The notes beneath the pieces are model-generated. The model saw only the letters and a list, made by a program, of their open reading frames with translations. It ran no database searches and was not told the origin of the DNA. This document shows, one piece after another, positions 50,801 through 62,900 of a DNA stretch of 64,000 bases. Positions within the stretch are counted from its first letter, which is position 1, and every line of letters starts with the position of its first letter. This DNA is from Psammoneis japonica. Its lineage: Eukaryota. Where the stretch lies: positions 679,138 through 743,137 of the forward strand of contig QPGO01000006.1 in assembly GCA_008632985.1 (NCBI GenBank), given 5' to 3'. Both the position numbers and the translations under genes were made by a program.

Positions 50801-52784
50801 TTCATGCTGGCATGCCGCCGCATCGTTCGAAATCGAAAGCTCGCCGCCATGGGTCCCAACCCTTGAGCAAATCCAAACTGGCATGGCAGGCACACTCCTG
50901 ATGAGCGCACAGACCATCACTGTGGTGCTGTCGTGAGGAAGTTGATCAAATCTTGCACCGACGATGATGATTGTTGTGACGATGTGAAAGTCATCTAAAC
51001 CTTTGTTTCTGCAAGAACACATTTGGCACATTGTCAATTGGCACCTGTTTGACAGGAATCTAAATGTGTTCTTGGCGATCAGTGGCGCAGCCAGACCAAA
51101 TCAACTGGGGGTGCCAAACAAACAACTGCGAACGAAGCAAGCACACGCCCACACCATCGGTGCCGCAAAGCGGCGCCCTTCCCCCAAGAGTGGGGAACCG
51201 AGGGGGTTGACAGCCTCGCCGGGGAACGAGGCTCCCGCGGAGTGGAAAAAATTGCACACATGCAACATTTTTGCTCATTTTTAGCACATTTTCACGACTT
51301 GAACTGCTTGCCTGCTGGAGTTAAAATCAAGCGAAATTGCCGCGCCACTTCTTTGCCATTTCCTCCAAGTCTAGAGGGCCAGTTGACATTCATGCGGCAA
51401 CCCAGAGCAAACAAAGAGACCGCCGACATGCCTGGAAAAATCAAAATTCGGAAAGAGGAGGTGGGTCGCACCACCTGCAGTGCAAATTGACGCGACTTCT
51501 GCGCAAGTGCGACTGAGAAGTGATGTTCGTTGTGTGATTTCACATGGTTTCTATGCAGAAACAGTCTTTCAGCAATGTGGCAAGAGAGCGCGATGCAGTG
51601 CAAGAGGTTTTTTAGAGCTCATCATGTGGCTCATGAACTGGCAAGTTTTCTCAAAGACTGGGGGTGCTGAACACCCTCCAGCACACCCCTGGCTGTGCCA
51701 CTGTCCACGATTTTGATTTTGTGGCAAGCCATTGATGAACATGCCAATTCAGTCATTCGTGATGCCATGTCACATGCCGGTTCTGTGTCCACCACCCACA
51801 GGCCGGATTTTCAGCACCTGCTGAGAGCAAAAGCCAGCGGTCATGTAAAGGCAAGTGACATGTGATCGAAATGGTGTCGTCAATGTGCCAAAGTCTCACC
51901 ACTTGTTGTCTCACTCAACTGTCACGCAGATGCAGCCAATTCACACTGTCAATCCTCGTGTGAGCTCATCGACGAATCCAGCATCGCAGTCATGCAGTCA
52001 AACCCGTTTTAGCAATGCCAATGACAAGAGGAACATTTTTAAAGACTTTGACAAAGCAACTGCAATGCGATCAGCCAAGTGTTTTTGAGTGGGAGAGGGT
52101 GGGGCGTGGGTCAGATTTTGGAGCAAAAATGCAGAGTGAAGTTGGCGCACTGTTGAAAAGAAGCAGTCAAACAACATTGACAAAGTTGCACATTGATGAC
52201 ACTCTCCTGCAGAAGAACAAATTTGTGTGATGGAAGTGCCCCCTTGCTTGTGCACACTCTAAATTGATCGCAAAAACACAAATGTCAAATCTGAAAACAG
52301 GAGTGTGTTGCTTGCAATGAGTTTTTGTGGATCACTTGGCAACGGGTTCCAGTCCCAGGTGGGACTCCGTGTGACATTGGGCCCACAGAATTCCATGTGC
52401 AAGCTCTGCAGCAAATTCATCAAGCAATGAAAACACAAATGATCGCCAACAGAAAAAGAGGCAATTTTACGAACGTGTCTCCTCCTTCACACTTGAAGTG
52501 CATCATTGACAGTTTGCCCGGGCATGTTCTTCAGACACCAAAGAACACATCCAGTGCATTTTCATTCTCATGAATGTTGAAAATAGAAAGCCTTTGGCTT
52601 TGCAAAACAGGGAGCATGAAACAATTTCACAGAATTTGACACGTGGAAATGTGTGTGTGCGACATGCGACGCGATCCAAAAAACTGTTGATGTCACAGTG
52701 CAGCAGTGCGAGGTCCCACCTGGAGCTGGAGCACGTCTGGCCTGTCTGTGGCATGAAAGAGGTCAAGTGCAGTTGTTGCGAGGC

Positions 52785-53215
52785 CAGCCATGGATTAGAG
52801 AATGGAGCACAGCCATGAAATGGGTCTTGTGTTGATGTTGTCATCTGGGCAATCTCGGTGTCGAGAACACTTCATCGTGCAGCGAGTCGCGTGTCTTGAA
52901 TCCCGCATGACCCACTCGACTCAACATTTTTGGCAGAGTTGGCTAGACTTTGATCCCCGCTAGAGCCACAAAACACACAAGATGTGAGCATTGTCAGTCT
53001 CCTGACCTTCAAAACAATGTCTTGCGAGGGTGGATTGGGTGTGCATTGTTCATGGTGTCGGGCATTTGAAGATGGAGCTGACATTTCGCGGAGCACCTAT
53101 AACTAACGCAGCCCTCTACTTGCGACACCAAAAGTTATCGGGAACTTTGTATTAGCATGATGTTAGTCGGCTGGAAATGCATTTGGTAAAAAATGGGGGG
53201 GTTGTGATTACACGT
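52785..53215 (+). repeat. Dispersed repeat, copy 2 (homologous to 20255-20775)
   Basis: Colinear similarity; this copy retains more TpA toward its right end. Confidence 0.85.
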
Positions 53216-53504
53216 GGAAGCATTCCACAGCCGCGCGCCAAGTTGAAATGATGACGCAAACATGACGTCGAGTCACGTTTCGAAGACAGCGCGGCCGCCA
53301 AAAAACTGACAACGGCAAAGCGTGATCAAAGTCGCTCACTTTTTGGAGTGATGTCCGTCGCGAGAAGTTGAGAAGTGACCATGGAGACGACTTGCCCGTC
53401 GTTTCGCACGATCTCTTTTCTGCCAGCTCATTCTTTCATCCCATAAAATTCAATTGAGAACAAAAAACAAAATCAACAACAACAAAACAAACAACCTTAC
53501 AATC

Positions 53505-54772
53505 ATGGTTCATGTCCAAAACAACAACAACAGTGCCTACGTTAGCACTTCCTCTACCACCGAGAAGCTGTCCAAAGACACCATCACCAATCAGATGCGC
53601 ATGCTTGAACGCTACTTTTCCATCTTTGATGGTACACCCGATGCTGCTGCGAAATTCAAGGCGGCCTTTGAAGAAACGTTTCACACGGATCTAGTCGTTG
53701 AAAATCCTGGAGGAAAAGATCTTTCGTATGACGCTACCATGGCTTTGATTCAGTCCATGTGCAACCAAGGCTTCTACGCCGACTTGGAGAGCATTGTCGA
53801 TAACGGTGATGGATCAGCGACAATGACCATTAACAATCACATTCCTGGTGGTCCAGAGAATGATGTGACTCGACAGGTTGTGGGCTTTAAGGACGAAAAG
53901 GTTGTGAGTGTCCGTCCGATGGATCCTGATACCGCCCAGTTTGGTGCGTTGGTCAAGCGAGCCTTGGTTTTTTCAAACAAAGCATTGCTGAAAGACATGC
54001 CGCCATGATTGCCTGTTTTGATGGCTCTCCCGACGCGTTTGCCAAGGCTGAACCAATTATCAATGAAATCGTAGACAAGGACGTTGTCATTCAGCACGGA
54101 AACAAAACAATGGGCTTTGACGATTTTCTAACGTGGGCCAAGACGTTTTCCGATGAACGAAATGTTGCAAAGCTTGAAAGCACGACAAGCAATGAGAATG
54201 AGATTTGTGTAACGATTCGAAACAAGGTGAACGGGATCGACCAAGGTGCTGTGGAACAAAAGGGCGTCATTCGGAATGGCAAGATTGTGTATTGGTCTGC
54301 CGCGACCCCGGAGAATGAAGCAGGCTTTGAGAATCTGGTATCGAGTGTTGCATCCAAAACAGAGGGAATGCTGGGAAATATCCAGCGTCTTTGCGACTAC
54401 TTTTCAGCGTTTGATGGGTCTCCAGATGCCTGGGACCGAGTCGAACCTCATATTGAACGAGTTCTTGCCCGAGACTTTGTTTTGGAAGATGACACGGGTT
54501 CTGTACAGATGCGGTACGACGAAGTTATTGCCATGATTCGCGACAAGTATATTCCCAACGGATGCTATCCAGTGCTCGAATCGTTTAAAGACAACAAAGA
54601 TGGTAGCCTCACGATTATTGTCAAGAACCACCTCCCTGGAGAAGATGGTAATGTGTCTCGTAAAATTGCGCACTATGGGGATGATGATCGCATCCATCGC
54701 CTAGTTTCGACCAGTGACTTTGTTGACATGTGCAATCGCATTCGGGCCTTACCAAGCAACGACAATGCCTAA
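53505..54772 (+). CDS. Hypothetical protein with three tandem homologous ~130-aa domains (NTF2/SnoaL-like fold suspected)
   Basis: FDG[TS]PDA motif three times, each followed by a helix and beta strands. One frameshift near 53995. Confidence 0.75.
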
Positions 54773-54949
54773 AGAGAACGAGAACAATGATAAGAAGAGT
54801 AACTCATAGTGAGACAACATCTAGACTACGACAGCTCAACAAAGATACATTTGACGTCTGTATTGACAACATCTGCCTGACTGTCGGATCCAAAAAGCTT
54901 AGATGCGCTTCCAAGGGTGAATCAATAACTTTTCATGTTGACTGATGCA

Positions 54950-55270
54950 AGCGAAAGCTTGTGCAGCGTTTGGAAAGCTTGGTGAGGTAGTCAATCATCC
55001 AGATAAAGCTATTCAAATCGAGAATGGAGAGTGCGATGCAAAGAACGAGCTACTGAGGTATCTCGAAAGTGTTCGACGCGTTCACGAAGACTTACGGCAG
55101 CATCGATAGTCGAGCATACCAATGAAAGGCCAAGGCCGGGAAGTTGGAGGCGTATCTCTAGAAATTGCTTATCGCAGAGACGATGATCGCATCCATCGCC
55201 TTATATAAGTCGATCAGCGACTTTGTTGATGCGTGCAATCGATTTCTGGCACTACCCAACATGGATGTTT
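54950..55270 (+). pseudogene. Degenerate duplicate of the last domain of the upstream gene
   Basis: gatgatcgcatccatcgcct...gactttgttga..gtgcaatcg at 55183-55240 repeats 54683-54739. Left limit approximate. Confidence 0.65.
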
Positions 55271-56189
55271 AGGCAAAAGAATAGACTTCAATTGTGGAAT
55301 ATCAAATTCCAGAAAACCGGCTCTAAATTGTCTATTTTTGACCGGCTGGCACATGTATCTTAATCTCCAACAACCTCTTGTTGAAGCCCCTTTCGCGGCC
55401 ATCATTCCTCTGTAGAGTAGCTTATCTCGTCCAGGCGGAAAATACAGCGAGATAATCATCAAGAGGCGAACGTCCAATAAGAGAGCGTATGGTTCGTCTT
55501 GGCATCGTACGGCTTTTCTTCCTCACTTTGCTTGTCCGTGTCGCACACTTGGGAAGAAATCACTTGATACTCGATCGGACGGTTCTTGACATCATTGCAT
55601 GGATTGTGAGAATATTTCTTTTTAGGCGTTTGCTTTTTGCTTCTTACTTGTTGATGATTTCTTCTTTGGTAAGTGGAGCAATCACCTTGAGAGGACAAGA
55701 ATTGTCGAGACGACACGACCTTTCTGTCGGCATGCACGACACCGCATCGACGACCGCCACAGGAACCAGCAGTAGTTCGCAGACAAGGAACAAAAACAAG
55801 GACTTGATCAATGACGCCATCTTCTTTCCTGGACTCGACAAAAATAATGAAGCAGAAGAAAATGCCCTTGTGCAATCCGTTGTGGGAACAATAGAATCGG
55901 ATTCAAGTGTCGCCGAAATTGTGAGTGGAAGATTTCAATTCTAGGCGTTGAACGCACACGAATTCAAAATTTCAAACTGTGCGGACGCCGTACGGACATT
56001 AGATATGGTGACAGACAGACTTCGGGATCTTCGTGAACGCATCATATATCTGTGTAATCAAGCATGTATAAAAACATAAAACGGCACTTTTGCCGATTCC
56101 CGATCTTCCGTCGTTTCTGCGATGGGCACCACTTTATTTCCCGTTGCAGCGACGCTCCGCAAAACGCCACTGCGGTGCGACCTGTCACC

Positions 56190-59100
56190 ATGACGTCTCA
56201 ATCACGCTTATTGCGTGCCGCGGCAAGCCGTGCTTCCATGCTGAAACGAAGCAGCGCACGCAGCAGAGTTTTGTTTAGCACTCAACCGGCTGCGTTTGAA
56301 GAGCACGAATCCGAGTCATTTCTTACCGGCACTTCTTCCATCTATGCCGAGCAGCAGTTTGAGCTCTATCAACGTGATCCCAATAGCGTACACGAAAGTT
56401 GGCGTACCTACTTTGATAACTTACAGAGCGGTGTGGCCTATGAGGAATCGCTCTTTAGTTCTCCCACCGCTGTGCCTCCTTCGCGAGCGAAAAAAGCAAC
56501 GGCAGTGGCTGTAAGTGTCTCTCCAGTCGGCATATGATGTTCTATGATGCGTCCTATGAACTTGTCTCTCACTATCCTATGTCTACATGTCATTCTCAGG
56601 ATTCGACTCCGTCTGACTCGCTCGGTATTTCGCACATGATTCGTGCGTACCAAGTCAATGGCCATTCTGCAGCCAATCTCGATCCGCTCGGCTTGCACTC
56701 CAAACTGTCCTTTCCGGGCCGTCCCAGCAACACGCGTGATGAATTGCCGGGTGGATTTCCCGTCGAACTGACTCCGGAATTTCATGGTTTTACCGACAAG
56801 ACTATGACAGACGTCTCAACCTCAAAGGCCGGAGTACGGGTGGAAATAAGGGCTATCTCGAAGAATTGGCATCGGCACCAGGAAAAGTGACGCTCCGGAA
56901 CATTGTAGACACGCTCAGGACAACCTATTGCGGGACACTGGGAGTCGAGTATATGCATATCGGCGACACGGTCAAGTGCAATTGGATTCGAGAACGCGTC
57001 GAGAATCCCCGGTGGCACTACTACGATAAGGAGAAAAAGCAGCACATTTTTGAACGTCTCTGCTTTGCCGATACGTTTGAGAATTTCTTGGCACAAAAGT
57101 TCAATACCACGAAGCGATTTGGATTGGATGGTGGCGAAGCGATTGTTCCCGCACTCAAGGATGGCATTGATCGAGCTTCGGAATTGGGAGCACACTCCTT
57201 CATCATTGGCATGCCCCATCGGGGACGGCTCAACGTGCTGGCCAATGTCATGCGCAAGCCCATGCCTTTGATTTTTGCCGAATTTCAGGGCAAACACTTT
57301 TCTTTGGACGATCACACCAAGGCGAACAACAAGTGGGGAACCAGTGGGGATGTCAAGTACCACTTGGGGAGCAGCATGGATCGGACCTATCCTGACGGAC
57401 GAACGATTCATTTGAGTTTGGTGGCCAATCCGTCACACCTCGAGTGTGTCAATCCAGTCGTGGTTGGTAAAACTAGAGCTAAGCAGTATTACTGTGGTAA
57501 TCGGTAAGTGGTGGGATGGTGTCCTTTTTTGTCTGGGTGCTTTAGCAGAGTCCCTCACAATCTTTTTTCAGCCCTGAAGACGTTCAGAACTGCGTCCCCA
57601 TTTTGCTTCATGGCGATGCCGCCTTTGCGGGTCAGGGTGTCGTCTATGAGACCATGCAAATGTCCAAGGTGTCTGACTTTGATACGGGCGGCACCATTCA
57701 CGTTGTTGTCAACAACCAGATTGGTTTCACCACCAACCCACTTAACTCACGCAGTACGCCCTATTGCAGCGATTTGGGCAAGGCCTTCAATTGTCCCATT
57801 TTTCATTGCAATGGCGACGATCCCCTCGCGGTGTCTACCGCGTTGGAAACAGCCGTCGAATGGCGTCACGAATGGGGCACGGATGTGATTATTGACATGG
57901 TGTGCTACCGACGCAATGGGCACAACGAGTTGGATCAACCTGCCTTTACGCAACCCAAGCTCTACAAGGAAATCAGTCGTCATCCGACGACTCTTCAAAT
58001 CTTTGAAAAGCGCTTGATCCAGGAAGGAACGCTCACCAAGGAGGAATGTGATGAGATTCGCCAGTTCACTCTCGACAGTTACGAGGCTGACTTTGAAGCC
58101 AGCAAGACTTATGAGAAGAAAGAAACCGACTGGCTTAGTAGTCGTTGGTCCGGATTCAAAAGTCCCAAACAACAGAGTCGTGTCCGTCAGACGGGTGTGG
58201 AGCCGGAAATTTTGCGTGATGTTGGAATCAAAGCGGGCACCGTCCCCGAAGGATTCAAGCTTCACCGTCAAATGGCGAAAATCTTCAAGGCTCGTCGTGA
58301 AATGGCGGAACGAGGCGACGGCATTGATTGGGGCACAGCCGAAGCCATGGCGTTTGGTAGCTTGTTGTTGGAAGGCAATCATGTACGCATCACGGGACAA
58401 GATGTTCAGCGTGGAACCTTTTCTCACCGTCATGCCGTGGTTAAGGATCAACAAACCGAAGACGAGTACGTGCCACTCAACAACTTGACCAAGATTCTCG
58501 ATCCTTCCTCGCCGATTGAAGAAATGGCCAAACCCGACAGTCAAGCGGGATTTACCTGTAGAAACTCGATTCTCTCCGAATTTGGTGTCTTGGGCTTTGA
58601 GTTGGGCTACAGTCTGGAAAACCCCAATGCTCTCATTTTGTGGGAGGCCCAATTTGGTGACTTTGTCAACGGCGCCCAAACTATTATTGATCAGTTCATT
58701 AGTGCGGGCGAAGACAAGTGGCTCCGTCAAGCCGGTCTCGTCATGCTTTTGCCGCACGGCTATGACGGACAGGGTGCCGAGCACTCGTCGTGCCGTGTTG
58801 AGCGCTTCTTGCAGCAGGTAGATGAAGATCCGCATCACATTCCCGCCATGGCGCGAAACGACCGCATGCAAATCCAAAACTGCAACTGGCAAGTCGTCAA
58901 TTGCACCACGCCCGCCAACTACTTTCATTGTCTCCGTCGTCAGATTCATCGGGATTTCCGCAAACCACTCGTTGTGATTTCACCCAAGAATTTGTTGCGA
59001 AACAAGCGCTGTGTGTCGAGTCTGGAAGAAATGGGACCCGACACGTCCTTTAAGCGTGTCTTGCACGAGACGGATGAAGAAATCTTCAACAATCCGGATG

Positions 59101-59569
59101 ATGTCAAGGTAAGGCATGAAAGGTAGTGAAGCAAGATGTGCTGTTGAGGCCTCGTCATGTGTGTAATTAAACTGCTTCCCTCCACGTGTATTGTTAGACT
59201 CTTGTCTTTTGCTCGGGTCAGATTTACTACGAGCTTTTGGTGGAGCGTGAGAAGCAAGAACGTAAGGATGTTGCCTTGATTCGGTTGGAGCAGATTGCAC
59301 CCTTCGCCTTTGATCAGGTTGCCAAAGATTGCAAGTACTACAAGAATGCCGAGATTGTGTGGGCACAGCAGGAACCGAAAAACATGGGAGCTTATGCGTA
59401 TGTCAATCCTAGGATCATGACGGCCACCCGCGAACTGAACGAAGACGAAAAGCGCGCTCGTTACGTTGGGCGGGCCGTGAGCGCTGCGCCAGCCACGGGT
59501 ATCGCCAAGGTCCATCAGGAGGAGTACCAAGCCATTCTGGAAGGTGTGTTTGGCAAAATAGCAGAGTAG
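56190..59569 (+). CDS. OGDH: 2-oxoglutarate dehydrogenase E1 component, mitochondrial
   Basis: IRAYQVNGH, KRFGLDGGE, GMPHRGRLN, GDVKYHLG, HGDAAFAGQG, NNQIGFTT, GQDVQRGTFSHRH, WEAQFGDF, LPHGYDGQGAEHSS, QEPKNMG. Introns at about 56511-56599, 57504-57571 and 59109-59197. One base missing near 56798. Confidence 0.97.
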
Positions 59570-59939
59570 AGAGATGAGTAGAATGCTAGTGTAGCGCGAG
59601 TGGAGGATGCAAATGCGTTCGTGACTTTGAACGATAGTGATGGAACGAAACGGAAATGATTTGAGCGTTTCTGTTTTGTATGTACACTAGTAGAATATTC
59701 CTATGTAAAAATCGTCTGCCAAACTTCGTCTGGGAATATGCTACTGTCATGGTCCCAATGCACGGCTTCTTTTGTCATACCATACTCATCGACGAGAAAC
59801 CGATAGAACAACTTGACGTGTTCTACCTTAGTCGAGATACAGTCCTACAGCTGGGTAGGATGGATAAGACCTCGGAGGTTGGTAGCAATATGAATAGCAC
59901 AGAGGTAAACAGACGCTTGTTCAAAGTCGTTGTCTAAAA

Positions 59940-62900
59940 ATTATGACGAATGTCGTTGCTTCTGTTTGAATCGATTTTGTGATGAGCCAATTATTTCGAA
60001 GAGAAAATCTGAGTCTGGGTTGTAGTCGTGAGATGCGACCAGAATGACGTTGAGTCGTGACTCTCCCTCTCAACCGAGAGAGCTTGCCAGCCCATAAGAG
60101 CCTTTCTACCCGCACGGAACGCATCGGTCCGTAGTCCCTTCGTGAACTGATCGGCTAGTTGCTCTAGAGTGCTGACAGGTTGGATGTCGATCTCCAATTG
60201 TTCGACTTTAGTCCTAAACCAGTGGTGCGGGATGCCGATGTGTTTGGTTCGCGGAGACAACTTGGGCATGCGTGCGAACTTGAGGCACGCGGAGTCACCC
60301 TTGCACACAACGGATGCAGGCAGGACATTCTGCTCTACAGGCGAGTCATCGGTGCCTTGGTTTGCGAGCTCAAAAGCCTTGGAGTGAGTCGTGATGGGAT
60401 TTTGGCGGTCAGACTTTCCGAGTGCGTGGTGGTTGAGTTCCTTGAGAACTTCACGAACAGGGATGAGATCGCGCATGGCTTGAGAAAGTGCGACATGTTC
60501 CGCTTCCACAGTCGACAATGCCACAAGAGTCCGCAGCTTGGACACCCAGACAAGCGGGCAGCCGGCGCAGCAGATGAGGCATCCAGTCCTGGACTTGACA
60601 GAAACTGGGTCTTGACCATCTTCCACACCAAATGACCCCGCGAAGTCAGAACCGACACAACAATCAACTCAATGATCTTGCGCAGGCTTGAGAATGAGAC
60701 CTTCAGCAGCAGTTGCTTTGAGGTGTCGGAGCATCCGCTTCACTGCAGCAGCGTGGGACGCTCGGGGTGCAAACGAGAATCGAGCCACTTGATGTGTGGC
60801 ACATGCAATGTCTGGCCGGCTGTTCGCTGCCAAGTGCATCAACATTCCAACAACTGAGCAACAATCGCAGGGTTCATCAAAAGGCAGGCCGTCCATGTCG
60901 GCACCAACAGCCGCAGGCAGAGCTGGAGCAGATGCTCCATTGCAATCCTGCATCTGTGCGGCACGCAGGACCTTGTCAATTAGACCGGGTTGAGTGAGCA
61001 GAAATCGACCCTCGGAGAGCTTTTTGATCTTGATGCCGAGAAAGTCACCGACTTCTCCTTCGTCTCTCAGTTCAAATGCGTGGCGATGTTCGTCGTTGGA
61101 GACTCCTAACTTGTGAATTTCTGCTTCCAGAGCTTCAGCTGAAACTCCAGCAAATGCGGTGTCGTCGACGTGCACCACACACATCACACCCTCTTTGAAA
61201 TGCAAACAGGGATCTATGGCTGAAGGCACCCATCCGCGCTCGGTTAAACCAGCTCGTAACTTCTCGCAGAAGCCCTTGGGAGACTGTTTTGGGCCGCACA
61301 GTCCTTTCAAAAGTTTGAGAACCATGTTGAGTCCCGACCTCGGCGCAAATCCCTTCGGCGGTGTTGCACAAACTTCCTCGGCGACATCAGCTTGGCAAAA
61401 GGCTGTGGCACAGTCCACCTGACGTGCAGTCCATCCCTCCTTTAATGCCGCAGTGAGCATGAGTCGGATGCTGGACCATTGCACAACCGGCGTGCAGGTT
61501 TCGAAGCAGTCGACTCCTTCTTTCTGTAAATCACCGCGGACGCAGCATCGGGCCTCACACTTGAGAGGGGTTCCATCTGGGAGTCTCTTGAGCTTGAGTG
61601 CCCATGCACCTGGAAGCACATTCATGTGCGGCTGACGCTCGACTGCTTTCCAGGCTCGACGATGTGTGAGTGCGTTGACTTCAATTTTCATCGCCTCAAT
61701 CCATTCGTCGGCGTCCGGACCTTTCAGAGCATTGTGCAACGAAGGCATGTCAGGGTCCTTGGTTTTCTTGCTAGCTGCGCAGGCTCGTGGATCGCCGACA
61801 TTGATGGCGCCACTGTCCAAATCCGTCTCGAGAGTCGCCAGATGTGCCAGTTGAGCCTCGTGTCCGATCGGCAGTGGCATTTCCTTGACGGAGCTGAGGT
61901 GGACCTCATCTGCAAACTTGGCAGAGTTGAGCTGTCCCTTGGTTGACCGTGAAGACTGTCGCAGCCCTGGTGCTCCCTCTGGATTCGTCATGGGAGGTGT
62001 CTCAAACTGGGGGAGGAGCTGTTGGTTCCGTCAGCACTTTGGGTGGCGGAAGTTCGTCACTGTCTTGAGGTTCAGGTGGCTGAATTGGTGTAGAGTCCAC
62101 AGAGTCTGCAGGAGTTTGAGTTGCAGGTGGGGCTGGTGGCGTTGGCTGCTGAGTCGCAGGTGCGACTCGATCGGCAACGTCGTCGCGAGAAGTGGGTGAA
62201 TCCGGCACAGCAATCGATGGAGCAGGCTCAAAATGGCCGCAAACACAATGTTGCTCTGGCCAGTTCTCGCTCTTTACGTTGACGCTCTGGAGGGGCAAGC
62301 CACTCATCGTGTGAATGAACTGCTTGATCCTTCTCCAGAGGGATGCATGTCGATTGGTTGAGGCACAAGTGTTCCCAGTGATCAGGTGGATCCGTCTCCC
62401 TCTTGATTGATGGCACGGTTGTGAAGAGATCGTCAAAGACCACATGATGCTGAGGAGTGACACTGCCAGTTTGTAGATTGAGGACCAAAGGAACCTCACT
62501 GGAATGGATGGCACTGAGTCCCACGAACAAAGCGCGATGAGTGCGAGGTTCCCAACGCGGGAGTTTCGTTCTGGAAGCAAGGGTCGGATCAAGTGCGTGT
62601 GCTGGACATCCCCATGTGTGAATGTCTCGCAGTCGATGTCTTGGCACTGTCGAGCTGGTGAAAATGTCCGCTGGGCAATGTCCCTTGGAATTTGGGGTGA
62701 CATTGTAGATGTGCGTGGCACAAGAAACAGCCATGGGCCATGGGGAGCTGTCAACTCCCCCTTTCCAGTGGATTGATGCATGAAGCAACATCGCTCTTGC
62801 CGTGTTGGAGATGCTTCGGATGCCCCGCTCTGCGACGCCGTTCTGATGATGGGCGTTGGTTCCACAAAAACAGAGACGTTGTCTGTGGTCTCATGCACGT

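Larger units (their letters stand above)
49560..53250. repeat. TpA-depleted island of mixed decayed sequence
   Basis: Compositional signature. Contains a gene relic and repeat copy 2. Confidence 0.7.

Noticed and set aside
42900..53100. Dense overlapping Cys/His/Gln-rich ORFs on both strands of the islands
   Set aside because: By-product of TpA loss: TAA/TAG stops vanish and TG/CA-rich codons accumulate. They are not real genes.
55489..55944. 151-aa ORF upstream of OGDH
   Set aside because: It could be a small membrane or secreted protein, but I see no motif or other support for calling it.
57747..58949. 400-aa antisense ORF over OGDH
   Set aside because: Shadow ORF from codon bias of the sense gene, with no recognisable motifs.
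4376..59569. Frameshifts in many host genes (chitin synthase, deacetylase, TPR, lumen protein, OGDH) as pseudogenisation or programmed frameshifting
   Set aside because: Those I checked are single-base losses, several in homopolymers (gtgggt vs gtggggt near 9333; gacaa-gac near 56798), and they occur even in essential OGDH with otherwise perfect motifs. Uncorrected long-read indels are the simplest explanation.
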